From positions 1-64,000 of the forward strand of contig JYFJ02000876.1 of assembly GCA_000934665.2 (NCBI GenBank): DNA of 64,000 nt, read 5' to 3'. Below the pieces are notes generated by a model, which saw only the letters and a list, made by a program, of their open reading frames with translations, was not told the DNA's origin and did not search any database. The translations under genes were made by a program, and so were the position numbers. The first letter of the stretch is position 1. Each line of letters begins with the position of its first letter. Source of the DNA: Catajapyx aquilonaris (lineage: Eukaryota). Below, one piece after another: positions 26,201-38,000 of the stretch.

Positions 26201-28877
26201 TTAGTGCGGACTTTAATCCTTGATTTACAGGCGTGGACCGGATTCCCACACCTGTGTAGTGTCACACACACCGAACCAGATTAAACCCATCAAAAGAGGT
26301 ATTAAAGAAAACGTAGTCTTCATTAGAGCGGACAAGTCTCTCTTGTTTCCCCCAAAGCTTTGAGCAACTTGCTAATAATTAACCTGTTATAACCAAACCC
26401 TGGTTTTTGTGGGTGTGAATCGCGTGATGCGTTTTTATCCATTGCCTCTTTTGTGGAGGGGACTATAGCTTAAATCATTTCCATACAGTCCATCATTATC
26501 TGGTCTCACCTTCAACAATCAGGGGGTTGGTAGGAATTATGAAAGAAAAGTAGGGCTCTTTTTTATATATAGGTTTTTGATTCCATTATTGTAAAAGGAA
26601 ACTGATTAAATGAATGGTTGTAAGCTGTGCGTGCTTCATTTCATTACGTGTTATTATACTTTCGCCGCTCAATTCATGTTTGCGTTGTGTTATACTTCCT
26701 CCTCTTCCCCAAAAAAACAACACCTGAACACCCAAAACATCTGCTTCCGCTTTTATTGAGTGGGACATCTGCCCAATTTCACACTTATATTAATTTGAAT
26801 CCTTAATTCTGAAAATTTATTACACAGTCACTGTTACATGTCCAAGATTCTCCTATAGAAGCTATCCCGTTCACTTTCAATACCTCGTTATCTTGTATAC
26901 GCTTCGGCGACAGTGTTATGTATCCTATCGTAAAAAGGAGAAGCGATCGGCGGCTAAAAGTTCAATGTCCTCTTCCCCCCAAAAAATCAAGTCCAGGTGT
27001 TCGGAAGCATCAATTGGTCTGCTTTTCCAATCAGATAAAGTGACCTCGTCAGAGACACTTCCCACTATACCGGAATCCGGCGTATGGATAAGCTAGTCTT
27101 GTGACGACTTAATCAACTCAAGGCCTTAATCACTACCTGGAGACCCTTCATCTTGCCCGCCCTACAGAGCCATATAGCGCAGCCTGTGAGTCTCAAGAGT
27201 AAACATAAACAAGTATGCCATCAATCGATCTTCGTAATTGCCACTTATTTGCCGGCTGTGTTCAGAAGTAAGCCGACAAAATCATGGCTAGATGGCAGCA
27301 CGTGCGTCGGACGCCATTTTAGCGCATGCGCAGTACATTTATCACCTGCGCAGTACGCTTAGCGCATGTGATTTTATTAAAAGTGATCGTCATGTAATAA
27401 AATGTTAATGGACAATTAATGACATAATTTACTTAGTGTTTTCTAATACCATATATTGGATAACATAAAAATAATTGCTACATGCGGCTAAATTCATCAT
27501 GATGCGCCTACTTACGTTTCTTCTTTCGAAGTGACAACCTGTTCATTGGGTAAACAGCTCCACCTGTCCATTGCTAATCTGGCGAGACAAATAGCCACAA
27601 GGAATGTCAGTCCCAGGATCATTTTTAATCATTTTTAATGAGCTAATTCATCACTCTATAAAAACAACCATGCTACAGAACACAACTCTGCACACACACA
27701 CAATCCCCCATTACCAAAACAAAAATGTACTAAGCTCTATTACATATTTATACTGGAAGAAGCATACGCAAATGACTAGAACATGTTTGTAAAAAAAAAC
27801 AACTGATTGATAAGAAGACATGGAACTAGAATTATTGAAAGCACACGCACACACACACACACACACTCAGACAAAATCAAACCCTCACCTATAAAATTCA
27901 TATGACATTACTACTAGAGGCTATCATTCACTCTCCAGAACTTTTATCCGCGTAGTGATCAAGAAAAATCCCATTTAAATACCCCCTTTTTTCCTACCCA
28001 GATCCATTATCAGATTATACTCGAGATTTATCTTCTCATTGTTATAACCCCAGGGAAGGACCCTCAAAAAATGAGGATCGTACCCCCAAAAAATATTACC
28101 TCACCTTAGCCTCTAATGGTTCAAAAAATTCCTTTTTTTATCTGTGAAGCTGATGACTGATCGAGTTTTATGGCACGCGGTAAGATAGGTATGCTGAATG
28201 TCAAAGGTCGTGTCATTTGTCACCATAAGAGTCAGAAAGGCCGTTACTTTTTTTTCTGTCGTACACCATTGTCGGCTGTTATGAACAGTTTAGGATAAAA
28301 CACAAGAGGTTTAATAGGTTCGTGACTTTTAACCCAGCAAGGTCATTCATTTCGAGGAAAAAGAAACGTCATGCCCTGGGCATCCTTTCCTTTTGGGTCG
28401 CATCATCACTGTAATGTGGTACACCCTGGGCCATAAACAGCTGGCACTTCATATAAGATTGGCTTGAAAATTGCCCCAAAATTCGCGGCCATTAGCTCAT
28501 CTTATCCAAGGCTGCAAAAAAAGTAGACAAAATTCCATATTACACAACTCAATAAATACCCTTTTGTGCACTGGAACATTGCATGCAATCATGAAGATCA
28601 TACAATTTAAGTCAAACGACTGGTTTACAGAACGTTGAAGACAATGCAGAACGATCGGAGCCACATTGAACTATTTTTCCAATCATAATTGCGACTAATT
28701 GCCAAAATGTGACGAAATGTGACAACATCTTCACGTGCACCTTTTCAGAAATTTAAAAAAAAAATCAGAAAAAACCTGCAAATTATCCTCAATTATCCAA
28801 AAAAAATGCGCTCAACTACATCAGAGATCAAGATTGTGTTCGAAGGCACTTTTTTATGCATTTGGAATCTTTTAAGA

Positions 28878-29078
28878 TCAGTGAGACGATTGTACTGAGT
28901 CATCCTCTCTTGTAAGAAGCCTGGTGCCGTCTTCCGTCTGGGTCGCAGCAGTACCCGGGGCACAACATGACCAACCTGTAGTTTCGACAGTATCTCTAGG
29001 TTGCAGTTCTCTTCTGGATGTGTACTCCCGGAAGACCCGGGGACAATCCAGCTGATGTCTTTGGTGCGTTAAGTGCTC
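28878..29078 (-). CDS. Gene B terminal exon (end of Orange domain + tail, 66 aa + TGA)
   Basis: tgtttcatccatag acceptor; EHLTHQRHQLD continues the Orange helix and aligns with QHLVSQQDHLE of gene A. Confidence 0.78.
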   Translation of the reverse strand, partial: EHLTHQRHQLDCPRVFREYTSRRELQPRDTVETTGWSCCAPGTAATQTEDGTRLLTREDDSVQSSH

Positions 29079-32000
29079 CTATGGATGAAACAGTCCGTTA
29101 CATAGATGGCGTACCCTCTCTGCACAGTGCTGCTGTGCGACTATTATGCGATTCACGAGTCCTGGCCTGTTAGGCTCCTCCCCCGTCCTCCGCCCTCTGA
29201 AGGCGAGGTTGCCACGTCCGCCATGGCCTCACACGCCTGCCAGGAGGATGGGGGAGAGCACTTGGCAGCAGTGGATCGCATTGGGCGGGGGAGGGGACAA
29301 CCAGGCCTGGAAATACGACGAACCACCTATCCCTTGTACAGACCGAACCGCGCACAAATGGCTCCTACTCGCGAGAATCACGAGCATTCCAGGCCTGATT
29401 TCTTCCGCCGCTGACGTAGGGAGGAGGTGGGTGGAGCCTAACAGGCCAGGACTCGTGAATACTACATGCACCCTTAAGTAAAGATCAGCCGATTTTTCTC
29501 CGTTTGTACCTGTAAGTCATGAAGAACTGGGTCACTAGTGGTCAGTCCCTCTTCCTCCACCAGATACTTGACCGCCTCCTGGAAACAGTAGTCGTACCCT
29601 GCCAGTACCACACTGTCATCGCTGTTGGTCTCTTCCTGTCCTTCTTCCTGCTCCGACGCCGACGTCTCTGTAACAATACATTTCTTTTTTTTTTCAATAC
29701 TCCAGAAGAAGACATTGACTTAGGATGTGCACGCGCTTAAAGGCCCCGGATTGTCTGGAGGGGGTGGTAGGGCTATAGGGGTGGAAAAGAGCCGCCTCGT
29801 AAAGCAAGCTAACTGTCAATTAGCCCCGGCAGAGTATCTGATGGAAGTGCCAACCGACCTTGTCAACCAACGCGCCTCGGAATGCAGGCAACCATCTCAA
29901 GTCGAAGGAGATTTTACACATTCCCTTAACCTTTTTTTGTGTGTGTGTGTGTCAAAAAGTTGCAGACCATGAAGATGACAATTCCTGACCGTGCGCACTT
30001 GGAAGTTTTTTTTTTGCGACAGTGGACACCTGGGGGTGCCTAATTTGGATTAGTTATTACATGGGTGGCAGTCAAAACACAAGAGACCTTTTGGCTTGAG
30101 TTGACCAATAAATGACTGGAATTAGTTATGTCGCTTAATGCCTTGTTTCGCAGGATGCAAAAAAGGGATGTTAATTTCCCAAGGCATAATTTACCTATAG
30201 AAGATGTCCTTACTCCGTAAGCTAATGCATATTAACCGGCCTTTATTAGCTACAATTTTTTGTCATTTTAATCATAAATATGCCATGTAGGCAGGTTATG
30301 TAGTCAACAAGTACATAACGAACGAAGCGTAATTATAACGGAATAAACTGTTGACAGCACAATTTTTGCGATTCGGCCATTGAGACTAATTAGTACGTTA
30401 TTGTCACATACTCAGCTGTTTATCACACTGGGTAATTCCGCCATAAATTTATTAACGTCACTCATAATGGATTTGTTGTGTACACTAACTATTTTGCTGA
30501 AAAATATAGGCGTATATTGGCCATGGGATGTACTGTACTATACGATAATATCTGCAATGATAAATATCCCTTTTAACAGACTGGGTGTCATAAAATAGTC
30601 CACATCTCGCCTTTGACTACATTAAAAAAAATTCGAACTAAAATCAAGGCTGGCAGGTATCAGAATGTACACGAGCCAAATTGCTTCACTCAGCATCCCT
30701 AAGATGTGATGAATGGCACTTCGTGATGGGAACCAAATATTCGTTCGAAGGTTGAATCCTCAACAAACTGGTCCATGAAATATGTTGCATGAGCACCCCC
30801 AAAAAGCAGGATAGGTGATGTTATGAGGTCGACACGTTTTTCTTACACTTTTACTCCCCAAACTATTTTTCCACTTGCTCTTCACGCGAAGGTGCAAAAG
30901 TGGAATGCTGATTCCTTTAAGACCCCCCCATTTTTTTTCTTGTCTGAAATGAACGCGCCCATTACACTTTAAGAGAAAAAAAGGACGTCCTAAGAATCCA
31001 ACTGTGTACATCATGCAAAGTCAGCATACACACGCAATCTTTAAAAAAAAATGTCGGATAAAACGCATGATATTGCGTAAATTTGGGTTCGAGCTCGTAA
31101 ACTATCCAACTAATTTTTTTGCTGTTGCGATTCCTTTAATAAGGACTGTTTTCGCATCCGACAAAAAAAATATGGCGGCGTGTGTGGAGGACACCCAATA
31201 ACCTTGTAAAATAGACCTAATCACCATTATCAGCACGTGGAGATTCTGCCTATGATCACAATCTTCCAATTCCAAATTGGCTTCAGCAGATGTGAATGGA
31301 CCATCATGCTAAATGGTCACGACAACCACTATAAGGAATCATATAAAAATAATATTGCTTCCTAAAAGTGGTAGACCTTGTCCATGCTCTTATTAATATC
31401 TGGGTTAAATATTTTTTGTGTGGATATATGCACGATGCTGGGAAAATATGCAACCTGATTTCCACGCCTTTTTTTTACTATCAAACTATTGGCGGCTTGT
31501 ATCAAAAGGGGGGTATCAGGACAATCGGGCTGACTATATTAACATTCAAATGTGCTTCTAGAACTTGACCTTATAAGAGATGCGTACTATCCTTATATGG
31601 AAGTGAACGTGTTGTCCTTTCTCTGTGGATTATATATGGAGGCGTCAAAATCAAATTCCTGTAACGTGCCTTTGCGAAAAACGCGGGTCCATTGCAACCA
31701 TTTGTCCTCCTGAAGTTAACCTAAAGAAACTATTAGGAAGATGCCAGACACGTTACAGTGACCAATGTTAAGCCACTGTGACATGAAACACTGTGGATTT
31801 GGATGAATAGGGATAACTCAATTTAATTAACGAGGACCGTCCGGTGAACTGTATTGGCCAGAAAGGTAAGGATTAACTTGTCGAAAAAGGACGTGTGAAA
31901 AATTAGAAAGGGTTGTACCCATCCCCCCCCCCCTTTTTTGGCCGAGGATGAACAACAGGGTGTGCCCGAAAGTGACAGTACTCGAAATAATTGCAGGGGG

Positions 32001-35000
32001 AAGATTCAATTGAATGAACATATTGCATATACTTTCTTCCAAGGACAGTAAACTACTAATCCACGATTTTCACATACCCCTAATTGAATTTGAAGTTGAT
32101 AGAGGTTTATAGGCACTCTGTATAATTTATTCCACTTAATGTAAGTTATTAAATCTTACGTCATATCATGCAAAACGCCCGCCAACAGGTCTGTCTAGTT
32201 TTTATTTAACTTTTTTTGCTTTATGGGGTGCCTACGTGATATATTCAATATTTTGGGTTTGGAATAATTAATTAGATAGGGTGGGCTTAATTAGTTCCAA
32301 GTGTAAAGAAGGCGCCTTTTTGGGAGTCCGTCCCTCTGTACGTTCTAGAATAGATAAGAAGCATGAGAAACTAGTACGTTGAAAGAGAAAATGATAGCTT
32401 TTTTTAAAAAAAATCATGGCGATACTCATACATAAAAGACACATTTTTCGTTGTCCAATTATCAATTAGCAGCCTTCATCATGCATATTCAGCAATGAAT
32501 ATATTATAAAATTTGGTCACACCATCTGATATGCTGAGTTATTTTGACCGGTTCACACTACTGTGCAATCAGCGCCAATACTAACATAAGCGAAACATGT
32601 AAAGCAGCATCTTTCCTAGAAAAACACACATGCTCACACATGATAGTGTTAAAATCACAATCCAGCCTTTTTAACACCCTGTCAGCTGTAGTTCTCCGGT
32701 AGCATCGTGACCTCAGCTTGGACACGAACTTCTCATAAACTTCTTCGCGTCAATCCGACATTTTGTTTACGACATGACAAAATGGCCGGAAAGCATGTCC
32801 CTCACGAGATCTCTTCCGGTCAAAAAATGTGCAACTTTTTTTTTCTTATCTATGGGTTTATAATCTTTTTTGTCGAAAAAAGGGACACACGTCCTTCCAA
32901 TCTGCACTTGCACCTGTCCTTTTTCGCACAACAGAAAACGACTAACCTCACCTGTCCTGTTGGGGATCCTTGGGCCCCTTTTCCTATACACACTTTTTTT
33001 CTTCTTTCAAAAGTTCCCGTTGCGACCTGCACCTGCATCTAATGCACTATCAAGGATTTAATAGTTTTTTACAATAAACATTGCAGAGTATTCCAGATGT
33101 TATGTACGAAGGTGGTCTGCAATTTGTCTAGATCTTGGCGATGTTATTTATACCTCGGTTTCTTTGGGTGGCTTTGAATTAAACATGGGGGGCAATAACT
33201 TGCTGTCGGCATGGACACATTGACAGATTGGAAGGTATTGATAGAGGTGTGGTCCTCATATGTTTGAAGGTGTGTAAAATGGTAAATGTCCAGGTCATTG
33301 GCACGTTCAGACTAAATTTTTGCATCTTGTGTTAATTAAATCGTGCCCTCCTTCTTTTTTGTGTGTGCACATATTTTCCCAGAATTTGTTTTTCCAATTA
33401 ATCTTCAAGGTTGCCCATGAAATCTACCATTTAAAACCGAAAATTTGTTAACAATTTGTCCATCAACCTGTTTGGCTCTGCGTGTAACAATATAGCTTCT
33501 AAAAATTTGTCCGCACTTTTTAATTGGAATCTTGCTTTTTTAAGAGGCGGGTCATTCGTGAGGAATTATTAAAATGATATCCTCAGACGTGTTTGTGTCT
33601 TTGAGATTAAACCAGTGCTGCAACCGTCTTTAAGAAGATGGAGAAAAAAAACTGCTCGTAAATCGGGTGCGAGCAGAAGGCGATAATTGGAAGGCTGCCC
33701 TATACGCCAGTTTTTTTTTTTTTTTTTTGGGGGGGGGGGGGTGTTTAAGACCCCCAAGATACCCTAGACGATAAAAATCTTATCTAAACCTCTCCTGCTC
33801 ATTTCGGTGCTACGCAGGTATGCATCCCCCACAAATTTATATTCACGTACCACCTTTATCAAGATTGAGTCAAATTTCTGGCCAATTAAAATATCCGGCC
33901 CACGGCTAATTTTTGGCACAGGTGACCTTTTTTTATTTAAAAAAAATTATGAACCTGGAAGGTACGTCAGTGTCAAATTGCAGGTTTAATTTGCAGATGA
34001 TTTGGTACCCGGTAGGGGTATTAAGGGGCTGTACATTTGCATGCCAAAATTCAACAAGAGAGGCCAAATTGTCCTGCAATTTTGAAAGCAGGTGCCGATT
34101 AATATGTCTGGTGTATATCAGGATGATGAAGAGTCTAAAATTGAATTGAATAAGAGGTTTCATTGCTCAGGTTTTTCGGGGCATGTTTTAAAGAAAACCT
34201 GATATGGAAACGTGTAAACAAAAGGTGCGCGTTTGCGTTTTGTTGTCACCCCCCCTTAAAATTTATTCATGGTCCGACTGTCCTTGCTGACCAAATTGAC
34301 CGTTTGAGAAAGGTTTCGAGTTGCCGTCACCTTGAATTGGACCCTCTCCCCCCCCCCCCTTCTCGACATATGAGCACCTGCCGCTTACCTAAACGATCCA
34401 AAAATTTACATGCCCATAAAACCTAGGCTTGTCATATTTACGAGGCTTATTAACTACTACGTACAAGATGCTCGGCTACGTTACAACTTATCGATGTTAC
34501 ATGGTTTTCAAATTGAACTGTCCGTTCTAGTTGTCGTCGACACTAATCGGATTATTATCATTAAGCAATTACGAAAAACTGACTTGAAATATTACTGTAC
34601 TTGCTAAATATTAGGTTGAATGTACTGTGGGTGCAACCAACCGTTGACCTCTGATGTAAATCATATATAAATTATAACTAAATATTAAATAGCATATCAG
34701 TAATCAATATAATGAATTATGAATTATGACTAAATAATAACATAAACAATGAATTGTGAATTAAGACTAAATAATAAAATAAACAATGAATTGTGTATTA
34801 TGAATAAATTATGAATTGTGCATTATGAAAATTACGAATTATGAATTATGATTAAATGCTGAATTATGAATTATGATTAAATAATCAATTACGAATTGTG
34901 AATTATGAATAAATAATAAATTACTAATTATGAATAATAAAATACGAATCATGCCTAATAATACAAAAATAATAAATTACGCCTTATGACTAAAAATACA

Positions 35001-38000
35001 TAAATAATAAATTACGCATTATGACTAAAATACATAAATAATAAATTACGCATTATGACTAAAAATACATAAATAATAAATTACGCATTATGACTAAAAT
35101 ACATAAATAATAAGTTATGAATAAATTATCAATTATAAATATTGCTAGTAATAATTACTTGTATTATTTATAGGCTATAATTAATAAAAGCAAACATAAG
35201 TAATAAAATCTTAAATAATTGATAAAGCCATGAATAATAAATAAGCTTACAAATAAAAAAACATCAATAACATTGCAAATAAACAAAAAACATAACTAAA
35301 TTATAAACATTAAAAACTAATACATTTTCTTGCATTATTTACATATTTTGCTTAACCCAGGCCTTCAAAATTTAAAAATATTAAACAAATTCCAAGGCCT
35401 AGACATCATCACTTTCAAAGAAACAAATTTCCACTGAATTTTCCTGATTTTTTTTTTTCTCTACCAATCTACAACTCTCACCTGAAAAGTGAGAAGCTAA
35501 TCCCAAGGGATGATACGCAAGACCAGCTCCCAGACTTTAACCAAATAAAAAAAAAAGGATCCTTGACACCAATAATCACCGTTCCCCTCCCCCCCTCCCC
35601 CAGTTCTCCTCCATTCTGAATCCTTCCCTGATCCATAACAGTTCCATCCAGCTGGGCGACAAAAGCTTTNCCTGTAGTCTGAAAATTCCCACGGCCATTT
35701 TATAAGCAAGGGCAAGCCCCAGATATATTTAGCAGGGACCCCCAAAAGGTTGAGGGAAAAAGAGTTGTTTACCTGGTGTGACCCCTACTTGCAAACTACT
35801 CCGCCCTCTTTTTTTGGGGAGAAAACCCTCCGAAATTTTTCATTCATACTCAAAGGCTCCGTGGGACCTGCACATATGTCCCACTTTCCCAAATTCTCAC
35901 GCCTTTAAACCCTTTACAGTAAAAAAAATCAGGTTAGACACTAATTCGTTGATATGAAGTTAACACCGCAGATTACTGATTTAATAGAAAAATTACAGGG
36001 GGTCAAAAGAACAGGCTGTCATATTTTTGGCATAATTTTTTTAAACAAATTTTGCATGTACGATGATGGGTTGTCTTGTACCTGTCTGCGGTATGGTGCA
36101 TGTCTGTATTATTCCCCTTTTTTTGCTTCTGTATAAGGAGCACACAGGTCAGGGCTTTTCTTATGAGCAGGTGCAATTTGTGGGGGTTCATCAAGATGTC
36201 GCGGTTGCTTTTAAGATATGGCCAGGTTGATGGATATTGGGGCAAGTTTTTGAAAAAATTTGCATTGCGTGCTGAGAATATTATTCAGTAAGTTTGCAAT
36301 TTTAATAATGCAGAAGGTGATTTTCAGCTAATAGACGTCAAAAAAATGACGCTAGTGCTTTTCAATAACATCTTAATCATTTTAGAGAAATTTAAAATTT
36401 TTTAAAAAATTCCTTCCAGCAGCAGCATCGGGGTTAGTCACCGGTAAGCAGGAATTTTGATCCAGTTTGGAAGCCTTTGGCTTAAGGGGGGGCCATCATC
36501 CACTGAATTTTACGACAGCCATAGTCTAGCGGCACTATTAAGCCCGATTGTTGGAAGGAGGTGTGGACCACGATGATGTATCTCGAGCTCTTTCCAACAC
36601 TTAATTAGCAGAAACAGTGTGGGAAGTCTACCAATTTTCGAAAGACCCCTTCACGGTTTGGGGTTACAAATACCCACGCCAATTCCCGGATCGTTATTTC
36701 CTGGACCTGCCATTAAAACAAGGCCTTCATCAAGATACGAACCCTAAGGCTCTCTCCAAAAGACACTAGACTAATCTAGGGGACCTATATTCCGAACCCT
36801 AGAGAAGAAAAAAAAGGGTACCATTATTTTTTGGTACTTTTTTTTGAGAGAGAGGGAAATCCTTTGTTTACTTTCCCACACTTTTATGTCTGGTCGTTTC
36901 CGTGTCATTGATCAGGAAATAAATCGGTGATTCAATTGATGGTCTGAACCTGATAATGGTCATTAGCCACGTGCTGGTTTAATTTTATAGAGGTACTATT
37001 CTGGTGCGCCGATACCCATAAAAAGAGTAAAAACATATTCGACGATTTTTTTTTTTCAACGAGTGCAACCGAGTGCGCACTACAGTTTACGCAGCTTGCT
37101 ATACTACATAAGAGGCGCCTTTGATGTCCGCGTCTCTCTATTTGGGGCCGTTGCCAAAGCTGGCGGCCATTTTGAAGTGTGGGCAACGCCAACGAGGTAT
37201 AAATAGGGCACAGGCGAAAATAGGGTCCGCCATCTTTGATGGTTTTGGCGGCCATGGCAACTTCACGGCAAGAACACGCGCGAATCAAAGATGGCGGACC
37301 CTATTTTTGCCTGTACCCTATTTATACCTCGTTGGCGTTGCCCACACTTCAAAATGGCCGCCAGCCTTGGCAACGGCTCCAAACAGAGAGACGCGGAAAT
37401 CGAATGTTTGCGCCGCTTATATAGTATACGCTCCCTGCTACGGGTGTCAATTTTTAATTACCTATTAATTACTATTAATTTGGCCCCTGCTGACTGACTG
37501 AGTAACTCAGGCAACCTTTTTGTGGCAGAACAATAAAGCCGCGTGAGTGTGGATGAGCACTCGTTACAAAAATAGGTTATATAAAAATTAAATTAAATTG
37601 ATATTGAATTATTTTTTCCCCCAAAATTTAAATGCATGATGCATTGCCAGTACGTACACCTGCCCCAATCTTATTCTGCAGTACTTGCATATATATAAGC
37701 TCCTAGGTCAAGTGAGGTCATGGCCGATGACCACCTTCTTCGCCATTCATTACAAATTAACAGGAGCCTTCTTCAGTTTTTTTTTCTGTCCAATCAGGCG
37801 GCCTGGTTGGGGTAATAAAAGGCTTGCAAGTTCAACGGACCAGTAAAAGAAAAAAATATATATATTATAAAGGGGGGGTTGAGGAGAATTCTCAGGGGGC
37901 CCCCTGAGAATGTACAGAAAAGACGTGGTAATGAAGGAGATAGTTGGCACAGGAGGGGTCAAAAACGGCTTCCATTTCGCAATTCAGTCACAGCTACTTG

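Noticed and set aside
29106..29481. Four overlapping GC-rich ORFs
   Set aside because: They lie in the inverted-repeat element; the real coding exons flank it on the minus strand
35481..35535. Minus-strand exon-like segment in a gene B intron (donor CAG|gtgaga)
   Set aside because: No recognisable peptide; exons 41166-41076 and 29667-29510 already join in frame without it
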